A DNA stretch of 59,207 nt, filler included, from an uncultured virus (IMG/VR IMGVR_UViG_2049941000_000702) (19 parts of one record of this genome joined end to end with filler, not necessarily neighbours in it); one strand, 5' to 3'; shown: positions 1 to 12,169, counted from the whole stretch's first letter. Translations and numbers: made by a program. Notes: a model not told the origin generated them from the sequence alone.

Positions 1-131
1 TCCTCCGCCAGCGTTCTGTCACAAAGGTACAGATAGCATAATCGCAGGGTGGACTGCTGCCACCGCGTCATGAGCAGTTCGAACTTCTGTTCACGACTCA
101 GAGCATTGTTTGAGCTCAAAACATTGCTCAC
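1..131 (-). CDS. ECF sigma-70 factor, N-terminal fragment
   Basis: GTG start after AGGAG; translates MSNVLSS...LLMTRWQQSTLRLCYLYLCDRTLAE; the first ~50 nt duplicate ~2850-2899, the start of the larger fragment. Confidence 0.75.
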   Translation of the reverse strand, partial: MSNVLSSNNALSREQKFELLMTRWQQSTLRLCYLYLCDRTLAE

Positions 132-382
132 AGGTCGATCATCTCCTNNNNNNNNNNGGGTGCCGATGATCTTCCCGTTGCCGGAGATGATGCGGATGCT
201 TGTCCGATNNNNNNNNNNCCGTAATGCCTGTGCCTGCGTACCACCTGCCGCCCGCCGCGCCCGTGCCGCCGGTGGAGCCCTGCTTGGCTACTGAGTATAC
301 AGGGTCAGAGGTAGTGTTGTCGGTATAAGTGAATATGAGGCGTGTCCAGAGATACTGGCCCTGGGTCACATTNNNNNNNNNN

Positions 383-508
383 GTGGGCGATGCGCTCACG
401 GAGGCGGACATTGGTGCGAAGCTGGAACATGGCGTGTTGAGCCTGAATATTCCGAAGAAGGAAGAGAAGAAGCTTCCTGAGAAAAAGACCATCATGATCG
501 AAGGATAA
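383..508 (+). CDS. Hsp20/alpha-crystallin family protein, C-terminal fragment
   Basis: VGDALTEADIGAKLEHGVLSLNIPKKEEKKLPEKKTIMIEG*, with the typical A-x-L-x-x-GVL-x-L-x-IPK motif. Confidence 0.85.
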   Translation: MGDALTEADIGAKLEHGVLSLNIPKKEEKKLPEKKTIMIEG

Positions 509-628
509 AACAAAACACGCCCCTGCCGNNNNNNNNNNNNNNNNNNNNNNNNNNNNNNNNNNNNNNNNNNNNTTAATTAATTAANNNNNNNNNNNNNNNN
601 NNNNNNNNNNNNNNNNNNNNNNNNNNNN

Positions 629-1702
629 GAACTTGATGTACCGGGCTTCGACGACGATCGAGAACTGGTAATTGTCCGCCGGCCGGATGCCCGTCGGCAG
701 TGTGCCGATCTGGGTTCTGTTCGTAGCGCCCTGAGCGTAAGATGACAATGTGGCGTTCAGCTTGATCGCACCCTTGACGAAGATCACCTTGTTCCTTCTC
801 CGGACCATGGGTGTCGTAGTGCTGTCGTAGGTCGCGCTGTTCACCAGCGTGATCGCCTGCCAGCCGGTATCGTCCGAAACGTCGATCCGGTTTCCGTCTG
901 CGCCGTATGCACCTGCAAGAAAGTGGGCGGGATAGGCGGATTGGAACAGTGGATTGGCATCCGTGCCGGTGCTCCTCATGCCCACAGCAACGCCCGTTGT
1001 TTCGATATTGAATATGCCGCCTGCCTTCGGCACGCTCACCTGATACGCGATCGTGGTGAAGGCGTCGGATAATTCAACAGTGAAATCAAAGGCGGATGTA
1101 TTCGCGTAGGTGGCGGTCAGCACGCTGCGGTCATGGGTATAGGCCTTCGTTGCAAGGCTNNNNNNNNNNATCTTCAGCGACCATTTGTTTGTGCCGCTGC
1201 CAAGCGAAGCCTGTACTGCGATACTGGCATCAAACCACAGCTTGTCCCCATCGTCGTCAAGCTCATACACGGTCTGCCCCTGCGTGTTCAGGCTGCTTAC
1301 ATACCGGCTTATCGCCACGCCGCTAAGCGTGGGCGGTACGTAGGCCAGCACCGTCACCGTGCCCGTAAGTGTGCCTGTCTGGCCGTAGCTGTCCGTGACA
1401 GTGATCGTGTAGGCGACGCTTCCGCTTGCGCTGACCGCCTGCAGTGTGCCGCTGTTGGCGCTGAGCGTATACGTCTTATCGCCCAGCACAAGCTCCCGGC
1501 TCTCGTAACCGATCCCGCTGTCCGCGGTCGTATCGAGCGTTACGGAAAAGCTGATTGTCGGGATAGTCTTTCCCGCGATCAGATTCCCGTATGTGCTGAT
1601 GTGGGACGTACCGCTTTCGCCCCAGCTTACGCCGCTTATGACCGGCGCGGTTCGACTCTTGGCCAGTTTGAAGCGCTGCCCGCTCGTCGAGTCCCCACAT
1701 TC
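629..1702 (-). CDS. Phage tail fibre / receptor-binding protein, variant 1 (gapped)
   Basis: Ser/Thr-rich beta repeats, conserved PKAGGIFNIE.TGVAVGMRSTGT block, then DTGW...RRRNKVIFVKG...LPTGIRP C-terminal domain. Confidence 0.75.
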
Positions 1703-2268
1703 NNNNNNNNNNNNNNNNNNNNNNNNNNNNNNNNNNNNNNNNNNNNTTAATTAATTAANNNNNNNNNNNNNNNNNNNNNNNNNNNNNNNNNNNNNNNNNN
1801 NNTTCTTGTTTCAACCGCTTCCTTTGCTTCTCTCAGATATTCAGTCAATGGCTTGGAATTCGTATGCAAAGGATTAAAGAAGTATTTCTTCAAGCTATGC
1901 TGTTCCCTGATCGCATGAAGATTTGCCTTCAGGTTCTCATACTTGACTATAAGATTGTTTTCCTTTGCAAAGCGCTTGATCCTGGTTACTATTCTGGCTG
2001 ANNNNNNNNNNNNNNNNNNNNNNNNNNNNNNNNNNNNNNNNNNNNNNNNNNNNNNNNNNNNNNNNNNNNNNNNNNNNNNNNNNNNNNNNNNNNNNNNNNN
2101 NNNNNNNNNNNNNNNNNNNNNNNNNNNNNNNNNNNNNNNNNNNNNNNNNNNNNNNNNNNNNNNNNNNNNNNNNNNNNNNNNNNNNNNNNNNNNNNNNNNN
2201 NNNNNNNNNNNNNNNNNNNNNNNNNNNNNNNNNNNNNNNNNNNNNNNNNNNNNNNNNNNNNNNNNNNN

Positions 2269-2470
2269 CTGCTATCTTCGCCGTGGCAATCGCGGCATCC
2301 TGTATATGCGCTGTCTCTATAGCGGCTACATCAATCTGCGCGCTCTTTACCGCACCGTCCTGCAGCGCACCTGTGCCCACGGAATTGATCGCCAGCTTAC
2401 TCCCAGAGATGATGCCCGTGGGCAGCTGCGCGGCCGTGATCGTATTGCCCGCCAGCGTATCGGCTACGGT
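2269..2470 (-). CDS. Fragment of large tail protein (AKIADAA-repeat region)
   Basis: TVADTLAGNTITAAQLPTGIISGSKLAINSVGTGALQDG is nearly identical to the 27083-29272 ORF. Confidence 0.8.
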
Positions 2471-2480
2471 NNNNNNNNNN

Positions 2481-2899
2481 AACAGAGCCTTCAGTTTTTC
2501 GCGTCCCCGTTTCAGCCTTCCCGATACAGAGGACTGTGCGATTCCCAAGCTCCCGGCTATTTCTTCAACCTTCATACCCTGATAGTAGTATAGGAGAATC
2601 ACTTCCCGCAGTTTGAGCGGCAGCCTGATCAGGGCTGCGATCAACTTATCGTCGTCCTCAGAAGCCGGTTCTGCGCGCTCCGGAAGCATATCCGGCGTCA
2701 CTTTGCGATTGATCAATCGAAACCAATGCGAATGGTTGATGTCATAGCATGTGTTCATTGCTATTCTCATGATCCAGGTTTTTTCAGAACACTCGCCTCT
2801 GAACGAATCCATCGTCTTATATACCTTAAGAAAGGTCTCTTGCAAAGCGTCCTCCGCCAGCGTTCTGTCACAAAGGTACAGATAGCATAATCGCAGGGT
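2481..2899 (-). CDS. ECF sigma-70 factor (partial)
   Basis: AEDALQETFLKVY...EKTWIMRIAMN (region 2) and LPLKLREVILLYYYQGMKVEEIAGSLGIAQSSVSGRLKRGREKL (region 4). Confidence 0.9.
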
Positions 2900-2909
2900 N
2901 NNNNNNNNN

Positions 2910-3632
2910 GCTGGTTATGGCTATTGTTATGGCGTCGGCTCCCGCGTCGCCGGTATCGCCCTTCTGGCCCTTGATGTTGTTCACATACACCCACTTGGCA
3001 GCCGAAGCCGCGCCGGCTACGGTACACCTGTAGGTATTGTATGTGGACGTATTCAGGTACATGTCCCCGACCACTGCCGAGGATACGCCCGAGCCGGAGA
3101 ATACGGTAGCGGTAGTAGATGTTCCCGTTATTCCCGTGCCGGAGTACCATCTTCCGCCCGCTGTGCCCGTACCGCCGGTGGAGCCCTGCTTGGCTACGGA
3201 GTACACGGGATCGGAAGTAGTGTTGTCCGTATAAGTGAATATGAGGCGTGTCCAGAGATACTGGCCCTGGGTCACATTGGGCGGGGAGCTCTGCCATGTG
3301 CCCGTAGGAGCGGTGGTATTGGATGTGCTGCCCTGGTAGGTTATGGCAACCGAGGCTACGCCCTTTCCGGTAGCGCCGGTCTCACCCTGGGGACCCTGGC
3401 CGCCCGTGGCGCCGGTGAACGCTATTGAAACGGAGAAGTCCTTGTTGATGGTTATCTCCCCGTCCACCACTACGGGAATACGTACCACACCGGCGGTAGT
3501 GAACGATGTGCTGGCGGTAATGGTGAGAGTGGGTGATGTGGCGTTACTGTCCTTGGTGACGGTGATGCCGGCAGGTTTGGTGATGGAGTTGAGGTCGACG
3601 GTAGCCGCTACCTGCTCAGAGCCCCTTAGGGC
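2910..3632 (-). CDS. Phage tail fibre protein with collagen-like repeats (partial)
   Basis: GATGGQGPQGETGATGKGV, TAPTGTWQSSPPNVTQGQYLWTR and KGQKGDTGDAG motifs; paralogous fragments at 24406-24824 and 25315-26372. Confidence 0.8.
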
Positions 3633-3642
3633 NNNNNNNNNN

Positions 3643-4088
3643 AGGGCATCCAGGATATAAGGATGTACAAGGAAGTAGTATAACGCACCAAGAGCCGCCC
3701 ATATGAGCGAAAACAAAGGGCAGATCAGTCCTTGCACATTTCCAGGGCGTTTTGAGTAATCCCATAGTCTCAGAGAAAAACACTTCAGCAGTACAATTCC
3801 CGTCAGGTATTCGATCAGTGTCATTGATAGTGCCATCGCAATGAAAAGAATTAAAACGCCAATGTTTGTACTGCCAAATCCGGTTACCTGCCCCACGTAC
3901 GCCAGACTATACAGTATGCAAAGTCCAGATCCATACAGCGGCACATATGGGCCGAGACAAAAACCGGGATTGATCCATTTGTGCTCAGGATTTCCCGGAG
4001 AAAAGAACTTTCTGAAAACGAGTTCGAGAATCCATCCTAATATGGAACCAATGAAAAACAGGTATGCTAAACAAAGTACAAAGCTCAT
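3643..4088 (-). CDS. Multi-TM membrane protein (putative ABC-transporter permease-like / DUF1113-type), cargo gene
   Basis: FFIGSILGWILE...NPGFCLGPYVPLYGSG...IEYLTG...LWDYS...NVQGLICP motif pattern; hydrophobic. Confidence 0.8.
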
Positions 4089-4117
4089 TTCTTACCTCGT
4101 CGAACATTTTTGGTTCT

Positions 4118-4146
4118 ATTATACCATTCTTTTTTCAATAGCTCAA
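4118..4146 (-). promoter_or_regulatory. SigA-type promoter of cargo gene
   Basis: TTGAGC-17 nt-TATAAT with extended -10 (TGG), between the tail gene stop and the cargo start. Confidence 0.7.
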
Positions 4147-4167
4147 TCCCCGGTGATTACGTAATGC

Positions 4168-5117
4168 TTATTCAGTCACAAGCTCACACATAAATGTGAC
4201 TTTAACGTCCACATCCTCCGGCGAAAGCGTAAAACAAAACCCGTCCTGCGACAGACGGGAATCCGATGCGGATATAGTGCCGTAGGTGCTGTCGTTCAGT
4301 CGCTGCCATTTCCACTGGAGGTAGGCAGACGCACCAAATGCCGCGCGAAGGGCAGTGATGTTCGTGATGCGCTGGGAGCCATGGTAAATGACTGCCGAAA
4401 GGACAGTTGCAACAGCGCTGTTCTTGAAAACTGTCCCCCGCGAGGAATCGATCCTAAGCACTGTCGCATCCTGGCCCTTTGCTCCGGTTAGGCAGGTGGG
4501 ATCGCTTTCGTCAGTGCTCCCGTCGGCATATGTGGTGATCGTCTTTTGCCACATATATTTGCCATCTTCCCAGGGAGGCGCGTTGGCGGACCAGCCCTGG
4601 GTGGGTGCAGTCGAAGATGAGGTGCTCAGGGCGTATTGCACAACGACACTGGCCACGCTACTCTCCTGCAGCGCGCTCACATCGTCCTCGATCGCGCCCA
4701 CCCGCAGGTTGATGCCCCTGTTGGACGACAGATCCAGCATCTCGCCAAAATTGGCCGCAACATGGGACGTTGTAATCGTCCCCGCCTTTATATTACTGCC
4801 CTCGATGGTAGCTGCGGCTATCTTGTCGCCGGTGATCGTGCCTGACAGGATTTCGTTAGCCGTTATCGTCGCAGCAGCAATCTGCTCAGCCGTGACAGAC
4901 CTTGCCACAAGCACACTTCCGGACAGCTGCTGCCGGTACTTTGCCTGGCTCAGTTCCTGCGTGGTCAGTGTGCCGCTCTGGGCGTTGATCTCGTATATGA
5001 GGCCGTCCGCCCCGGTGATGATCAGCCGCTCCGTGGCCAGCGTACCGGACTGGATGACATCCGCGTTCAGGGAGACAATCTTGCCTTCGGTGATGCTGGC
5101 GTCAGCGATCTGCGCCG
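4168..5117 (-). CDS. Large tail protein C-terminal part, variant 1
   Basis: Ends KVTFMCELVTE*; homologous to 16483-17915 and 27083-29305. Confidence 0.85.
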
Positions 5118-5748
5118 NNNNNNNNNNNNNNNNNNNNNNNNNNNNNNNNNNNNNNNNNNNNTTAATTAATTAANNNNNNNNNNNNNNNNNNNNNNNNNNN
5201 NNNNNNNNNNNNNNNNNGGCTGTTGCTCTTACTGCCATAACACATCACGACTCCAGCTGCGCTATGTAGGTAGCCTTATTGGTAACATCCCCCGACGAGA
5301 TATTCAGTGTAGAACCTGTAGCAACCGCTGTGCTCCCGCCGTCCTTATACCACTTTATGGTACCTAATGCCGTTAACGCGGAGCCCGTCACTTCGGTGCC
5401 CGCCTTATATACATGAGCGGTAAGCGTAGTCTCAATGGAGCTGTTCTTGAAGATAGTGCCGNNNNNNNNNNNNNNNNNNNNNNNNNNNNNNNNNNNNNNN
5501 NNNNNNNNNNNNNNNNNNNNNNNNNNNNNNNNNNNNNNNNNNNNNNNNNNNNNNNNNNNNNNNNNNNNNNNNNNNNNNNNNNNNNNNNNNNNNNNNNNNN
5601 NNNNNNNNNNNNNNNNNNNNNNNNNNNNNNNNNNNNNNNNNNNNNNNNNNNNNNNNNNNNNNNNNNNNNNNNNNNNNNNNNNNNNNNNNNNNNNNNNNNN
5701 NNNNNNNNNNNNNNNNNNNNNNNNNNNNNNNNNNNNNTTGTCTTACCG

Positions 5749-6369
5749 TCACAGCGCAACCCATCTGGGCGTCACGCTTACGGACGTGACATTTCCGCCT
5801 GTCCAGCTGATGGCTGTATTGCCTGCGCTCAGCACCGGAAACTCGCCTGTCATTTGCGTGTTTTTAAGCTCATTCCCATAATAAGCCTCCTGCAGCTCGC
5901 TGTCAAGNNNNNNNNNNTGTATGCCCGATGGATTCAGCAAAAACGAACCGCTGGTTATCTCCTGCTCATCTTCCCCGCTGTACAAACGCAGGAACGGCTT
6001 GCAGCGGAAGTTCACGGTGAACGTCCGGGGCGCGTTGCCTCTAAGAATCTTGGTAAACGGTATCTGGTTTATGACCCGCGCCTCATAGTACCCGTCCAGT
6101 CTGCTAGGCAGTTCCAGCCTGCCGCTGCCCCGGAAATACGCGGCTACCTCCCCCACCGCCGCCGGTGTCGGATCGGGACAGTAACACTTGACTGCCAGAG
6201 TAATATCCTTGTATACGTCCGTGCCTTCTATCTGCGTCAGCGACCCGCTCAGCCCTGGCACGTCAGTGAACGTCACCCGCTCCTCAGGCAGTACGATCTC
6301 CGGCAGCTCGGTCACCGTTATCCCGACCGTCCGGCTGTTTATCCCTTTCCAGATTATGTAGTCCTTCAT
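5749..6369 (-). CDS. Distal tail protein (Dit)-like, variant 1
   Basis: PEERVTFTDVPGLSGSLT, FTVNFRCKPF, GEFPVL..GNTAISWTG...PRWVAL*; follows the tape-measure end. Confidence 0.85.
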   Translation of the reverse strand: MKDYIIWKGINSRTVGITVTELPEIVLPEERVTFTDVPGLSGSLTQIEGTDVYKDITLAVKCYCPDPTPAAVGEVAAYFRGSGRLELPSRLDGYYEARVINQIPFTKILRGNAPRTFTVNFRCKPFLRLYSGEDEQEITSGSFLLNPSGIXXXXLDSELQEAYYGNELKNTQMTGEFPVLSAGNTAISWTGGNVTSVSVTPRWVAL

Positions 6370-6467
6370 CGTCTAACTCCCACGATACAAGATACTGTCC
6401 GGTCTCCCGTATTAGTTTGGCCCTGAAGACAGCAACGCCGTGGCTCAACAGGTTGTCNNNNNNNNNN

Positions 6468-8166
6468 GGGTAGGCAGCTTAAAAGCATGAGCAAGACCGA
6501 AGGCAGCGACACCGTGACGATGGAGTTTACCTACAACCATGCCGGACTCAGGACAAAGAAGGTTAAGAAGGTAAACGGCATCGTCGCTGAGACTACCGAG
6601 TACATTCTCAACGGCAAGAACGTGGTGGAGCTGATCCATACGAACCATGCGACAAGCGTAACGAACAAGTTGCACTTCTTCTACGACACCCAGGACAAGC
6701 AGGCCATGGTGGAGTTTAACGGAGTCAAGTACAGCTACGCCTACAACCTGCAGGGCGATGTGGTCGGTATCGTTGACAGTACGGGCAATGTGGTGGTAGA
6801 ATACAGCTATGATGCGTGGGGTAAGCCGATAGCTACCACAGCAAACAGTACCTTGACAACTGAATTGGCTGAACTTAATCCCTTTAGGTACAGAGGATAC
6901 ACGTGGGATCAGGAAACGGGATTATACTACCTCAGAAGCAGGTATTATGCTCCGGAAATAGGTAGATTCTTGAATACTGATTATTCCAATGGTGCTATAG
7001 GCAGTGTTCTCACGCATAATCAGTTTACGTACTGCATCAATAATCCCATTTACCTTTCAGACGATAATGGCACTTGGCCGAGTCTTTCTAAGCTGTTAAA
7101 GAAAGCAGCACAGGCGGTTTCCGCAGCTGTGGAAGTAGTAGCAGAAGCATTGCCTGTTGTAGCTGCGGCAGTAGCAGTGGCTGCTGTAGCCGTTGCAGTC
7201 GTTTATGCAGCTCCGTTAGCGGTATGTACTCTTACAACAGGCTTGGCTGTTGCTGGGGTAAGCACTGGCGTAGCAACGGTAGCGGCAAAGATTGGTGTGG
7301 TAACTGCCGCTACATTGACAATTGTTTCAGCTGCTGATACTGCGTGTGTTGCCACAACGGGCGTTAGCCCTGTAAGGGAATATGTATTCCAAGGCAATCA
7401 GGATGCCTATGAAGCTTTCCAAATGGTCAGTGCCACTGCTTCAGCGGGACTCTTCAGCGCTGCTTCAGCATCTCCAGGAGTATGCTTCGTTGCAGGAACA
7501 CCGATATCGACAGAAAACGGTTTGGTTCCAATTGAACAAATTGTTGCTGGACAGCTGGTATGGGCAGAAGACCCGGAAACAGGCGAAAAGGCCTTAAAAC
7601 GAGTCATCAGAACATTTATTAATGAGAATGATGAGCTCATCCATATAGGCATTAATGGTGAGTCAATATCATGTACAACTGAGCACCCATTCTATGTAAT
7701 AAGTCGAGGTTGGGTTGCAGCGAAAAGATTGAGAATAGGAGATAAAATAGAGCAACAGACGGGATCTGGTGTTTATGTTGAGTCAATAGTATATGAAAAA
7801 TTAGAAAAGCCGATACTGGCTTATAACTTCGAAGTTGAGAAGTATCATACTTATTTTGTAGGTCTTAACGCTATGCTCGTTCACAATAAGTGTGGAGATC
7901 CAGGTCATTATGAAATTGAGTATAGCGATGGTAAAAAGTATATTGGAAAAGGAAGTGTTGGAAGGATGAATGTTTCCATTAGAATGCACGCGGCTCCGGG
8001 TAGAGAGTTGGTAAGCGCGACATGGGTAATCTCTGATAATAACAAAATGGCTTTTGTTGATGAATATCTTGCAATGAGAGAGGCAGAATTTCCCGATAAC
8101 CCAAATCTGTTGAATAAAATACAGAGTCCAGGGCTCTTATATTGGCTACAAATGGGAGGGCACTAA
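6468..8166 (+). CDS. RHS-repeat polymorphic toxin with Hint domain and GIY-YIG-like C-terminal toxin (5' partial)
   Basis: RHS core NPFRYRGYTWDQETGLYYLRSRYYAPEIGRFLNTD; hydrophobic segment; Hint CFVAGT...YNFEVEKYHTYFVG...VHNKC; tip GHYEIEYSDGKKYIGKG..RM. Confidence 0.9.
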
Positions 8167-8171
8167 ATCAT

Positions 8172-8776
8172 ATGGATGGAGTCTTAAAAGATGGGTTCGA
8201 ATTCCGCGATTTTTTCGATAAACATACAGGTATAAGTAAAACACTTGTAATAAAGCCTGCTATCATCGCTAATGCCGCCAACTATATAAAAGCTAATAAA
8301 ATTGAATCTGTCTTTATTGATGGTGCAATAAAGAAGGAGGATATGCTTGACATTTCAATTCTGAATAGCTGTGCAACGATTAAAGCACTTTCAGTGCGTG
8401 GTGCCATTTCAGGTTTGCAAGTTTTGCTGCATACCCTTCCATTACAGTGGCTGGCGATAGATAATACGCTTATTGGCGAAAAGATAGATTTCTCAAGTCT
8501 TAGAGAATTACAATATTTATCAATATATAAAATGAGCAACAAGATTTCGGGGCTTTCGAAACTATTAGCACTAAAATACTTACGCGTATGGAGTTTTTCG
8601 TCCCTGACAGGAAATTTGGAGATTCTACACGAATTAAGTCAGCTGAGAGAAATCGAATTAAACTTTCCGAGAATCATTAGCTTAGACGGTATATCTAAGC
8701 TAATAGCTTTACGCAAGCTACATCTTTGCTATTGCCGAAACAGCATCGATATACAAGATGTGTTTAATTCAAGGTC
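8172..8776 (+). CDS. Leucine-rich repeat protein, probable cognate immunity protein (3' partial)
   Basis: LxxLxxLxL repeats; starts 5 nt after the toxin stop; AT-rich like the toxin tip. Confidence 0.7.
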
Positions 8777-8876
8777 NNNNNNNNNNNNNNNNNNNNNNNN
8801 NNNNNNNNNNNNNNNNNNNNTTAATTAATTAANNNNNNNNNNNNNNNNNNNNNNNNNNNNNNNNNNNNNNNNNNNN

Positions 8877-9251
8877 TGCCGAACGCAGGGCAGAGCCGGT
8901 GCCTACCACGTGGGTGTCCAACACATGGCCTACGCCAACAAGCGCAAATATGAGCACCTTGCGGCAGATGCCTTTGAAACCTACGGCACTAGACAGTTCG
9001 TGGTCCGCTATCGCCCGCATTACGCCGGTTACGTAGTCCAGGATCACAAAAACGAGCAGCGCGATCAGCAGTCCGTCCATNNNNNNNNNNAAAGCATCTG
9101 TAGCTGTTTTACCGCCTTTCCCCTACTGCCCTTCTTCACTGTCGTCATCATNNNNNNNNNNACCGCCCAGAAAGTAGCCGAGCCAGCCGCCCAACGCGGT
9201 GATTGCAATCTGGATCTTCGCCCAGATGATATCGATTGAAAAATTTCTCAT
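8877..9251 (-). CDS. Phage holin, variant A (gapped; an endolysin PG-binding N-terminal fragment sits at 9091-9151)
   Basis: MRNFSIDIIWAKIQIA...DGLLIALLVFVILDYVTGVMRAI...LSSAVGFKGICRK. Confidence 0.85.
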
Positions 9252-9257
9252 GGTGCG

Positions 9258-9655
9258 TTACCTCCAAAAACAAAAGAGCGCCTTACGCTCTTTATTGAAA
9301 TCTGTGATTTTCTGTTTTGTCCGTTTCGATGACGCCGGATCGTTGGCGTAGATATAATCGCCATCGTACTTCCAGACGCATATGTAGTGCCCACCCGAGG
9401 TCCAGTAACCTTTGCCCATGGATNNNNNNNNNNGCAGGCTTTAAGCGTTGCTATCGAGGTGGTTTTCACATACTTGGAAAAACCATACTCCTTCGCTATG
9501 TGTGGAAAGAAGCTCCAGTTCGTGCCACTGCTGTAGGACCGGTCGCCCCAGGCCATAGCCTTGTCAGCCAGATCGGGCGGCGTGACCTTGCTGTCGATCA
9601 GTGTTGCCACAATGTCCGCCATCGCCGTCGGTCCGCAGGCTGAGGACTTCATCGT
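9258..9655 (-). CDS. Endolysin, C39-like peptidase domain (gapped); a second C-terminal copy lies at 10058-10162
   Basis: SSACGPTAMA (Cys), WTSGGHYICV (His), YANDP (Asp); ends ALFCFWR* directly before the holin ATG. Confidence 0.8.
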
Positions 9656-9665
9656 NNNNNNNNNN

Positions 9666-10051
9666 ATCTCGCGAAGCTTGTCTGGTATCGGCAACCCCAG
9701 ATGCGCGGCATTCTCAAACAGTGAGATTGCTTCATTACTCAAATAAAAGCATATGACCGCCGAGCGCAGCGCCGAGCCCGTACCCACTACATGGGTATCC
9801 AACACATGGCCAACGCCTACCAGCGCGAAAATAAGCACTTTGCGGCAGATGCCTTTAAAGCCGATGGCACTGGAAAGTTCGTGATCTGCGATTGCCCGCA
9901 TGACACCGGTCAGGTAATCGAGGATCACGAAAACGAGCAGCGCGATCAGCAGCCCGTCCATACCGCCCAGGAAGTAGCCGAGCCAGCCGCCCAGCGCGGT
10001 GAATGCGATCTGGATCTTTGCCCAGATGATGTCGATAGAAAAATTACGCAT
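9666..10051 (-). CDS. Phage holin, variant B
   Basis: LGGWLGYFLGGMDGLL...FYLSNEAISLFENAAHLGLPIPDKL. Confidence 0.9.
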
Positions 10052-10399
10052 AGTTTCTTACCTCCAAAAACAAAAGAGCGCCTTGCGCTCATTCATGAAA
10101 TCCGAAATCTTCTGTTTGGTGCGTTTCGACGAGGCCGGGTCATTCGCGTAGATATAGTCGCCNNNNNNNNNNGTACAGTGACGCGTTTGAGAATACCGGA
10201 ACTAGACAATGCGCTGATGGATATGTACAAATACTACGGCGGTATAGTTCATCCGGACTTGGCAGATGAAATAGAAAAGCTCGAAGGTTTTGACTGTTGT
10301 CTCAAGTATTCTGTTTCTAAAAGGCCCAATTGACATCTTTTATGTATCTGAGAAAGCCCGCAATTCAGTTGCATGGAGCCATCAGGGTGCCGCGCACTT

Positions 10400-11207
10400 G
10401 TCTTGCCCTTGACGGCAGAGGACCAGGCCGTTCGCTATGGACGTCTCCAAAATGGTGTATATGACCGTACTTGCCCGTGCCCTGTTGGGCGTATCGGTGA
10501 TTAACCAGTTCTCTCTCGACCGACGACAATCGTGTGAANNNNNNNNNNATACAGCGCTTTGATCCGATCGGACTTGTTCCCGCAGAAAAGAAAGATCGAT
10601 GTCTCATCAACCTTTTGTCCAAATTGCAGCTCTACTACTGCCACCAACCCGTCGATCTGCTTGCGCATGTCCGTATGTCCGCACGCTATGTAGTAGTTCT
10701 GCACCCTGCTGAAGTCAAGCATGGCGGTTCAGCGCCTTTACCAGTTCAGCTATGCTCTCCGCGTTGACGCCCGCCGGCAGTATAATACTGCTCTCTCCGT
10801 GCCGGATCGTTATGCCCGGCACACCGGTCTCACACTCGTCTCCTGGCAGTTGGTACGGATCGATGCGCGTCAGTGGCCCTCTTTGTCCTGGCCCAGGTAA
10901 AGCATACTGCTTACAGGCTGTTTTTACTATCTGCCTTTCCCAGTTGTAATATGTCTTAAGCGCTATGCCTTGTTCCGCACACCATGCCTTTACTCCGCTG
11001 CCACTGCTCCGGCACTCAGCTACCCGCACCGACCATTCTTGCAGTCTGGCTGCATGCTTCAGCTCCTGCACACTTCCGCCCATCTTAATGTGTCCCTCCA
11101 TTCTTTGTCTTTCTCGTGAATCTTCTCGGGAATTCTCGGGAATTCTTGGGACACTATTATCTCATCTTTCTCTTACATCCGCGAGGTGTGCTTTATTTTG
11201 CGCTTAC
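10400..11207 (-). mobile_element. IS66-family insertion sequence (left end, tnpA, partial tnpB, degenerate tnpC tail)
   Basis: Terminus GTAAGCGCAAAATAAAG at 11207; TnpA 10715-11101 (W...V.ECRSSG..VKAWCAEQGI...YYNW); TnpB 10549-10722 (CGHTDMRKQIDGL...FLFCG); frameshifted TnpC piece GRE/NWLITDTPNRARASTVIYTILETSIANGL at ~10420-10538. Confidence 0.9.
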
Positions 11208-11308
11208 GNNNNNNNNNNNNNNNNNNNNNNNNNNNNNNNNNNNNNNNNNNNNTTAATTAATTAANNNNNNNNNNNNNNNNNNNNNNNNNNNNNNNNNNNN
11301 NNNNNNNN

Positions 11309-11878
11309 GCGTCGGTATAGAGGTTGGTATACGCATTGCGCGAGTAGGTATTCTGCGGATAGGCGTAGCCGAACGAATTGGTATAATTCCAGAAGATGAA
11401 TCCGCGCTGATAGGTTCGCGTCTGTGTACTGACATCCCAATTCGTCAGATCTGCAAGATGAACGACCGTATCCCCGCGCTTAAGTTCCTGAGTTAGAGAA
11501 GTGAGCGTATTCGGCCTGAACATGATGGTTGTGGCAGTGATCTCCCGCTTATCCGCATCAAAGAACATCAGCATGGCGTATAGTGTAGACAGACCGTTCT
11601 GGGTTTTGGCATCGAACTCAAAAAGATAATCTACGCCCCCAGTAACCGATATATATTCGTCCAGGGCTGGAATGGCATAGCCGGTATTTCGCTTAAAGGA
11701 ACNNNNNNNNNNGTCACAAGCTGGACACCTTTGGAGTTGACCTCGTTGCGCAGAATACCCACATTGGTATTGGCAGTAGTTGCAGAGGACTGTGCATTTC
11801 CCGCTGCCGTCTGTGCTGCCTGTGCTTTGTTGTATGCCTCTTTCGCAGCCTCATAGGACGACGAACGGGACACGGAAG
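11309..11878 (-). CDS. Tail-associated protein fragments
   Basis: SSSYEAAKEAYNKAQAAQ motif shared with 13546-14014; aromatic-rich downstream fragment. Confidence 0.55.
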
Positions 11879-11902
11879 NNNNNNNNNNGGAGGAATTAGT
11901 AC

Positions 11903-12159
11903 ATGACTTTGAATTATGTAAGCATCGGTCAGCACATTAAACATGCACGAATCAAGAAGGGTTTGACTCAAGAACAACTTGCTGAGAGGATAAACGCAAG
12001 CCGGGATCATATTGCGCACTCGGAGAGGGGTGAGGGTGGTATGAGTCTTGAATACCTTGTTGCAATATCAAATACACTAGGAATTCCCATCGCTGAACTA
12101 CTATCTGCCGAGCTGATCGATTCTGTGAAGTCCAGCATGGCAGAAATGGAGACTGTAAT
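11903..12159 (+). CDS. XRE-family HTH transcriptional regulator (partial)
   Basis: IGQHIKHARIKKGLTQEQLAERINASRDHIAHSERGE. Confidence 0.9.
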
Positions 12160-12169
12160 NNNNNNNNNN

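Noticed and set aside
573..584. TTAATTAATTAA recurring many times through the window
   Set aside because: Always embedded in N runs; an artificial six-frame-stop contig linker, not a CRISPR or biological repeat
2868..4088. Apparent fusion ORFs across N gaps (membrane protein-tail fibre, holin-peptidase, kinase-Dit and others)
   Set aside because: Frames simply read through Ns; not real fusions
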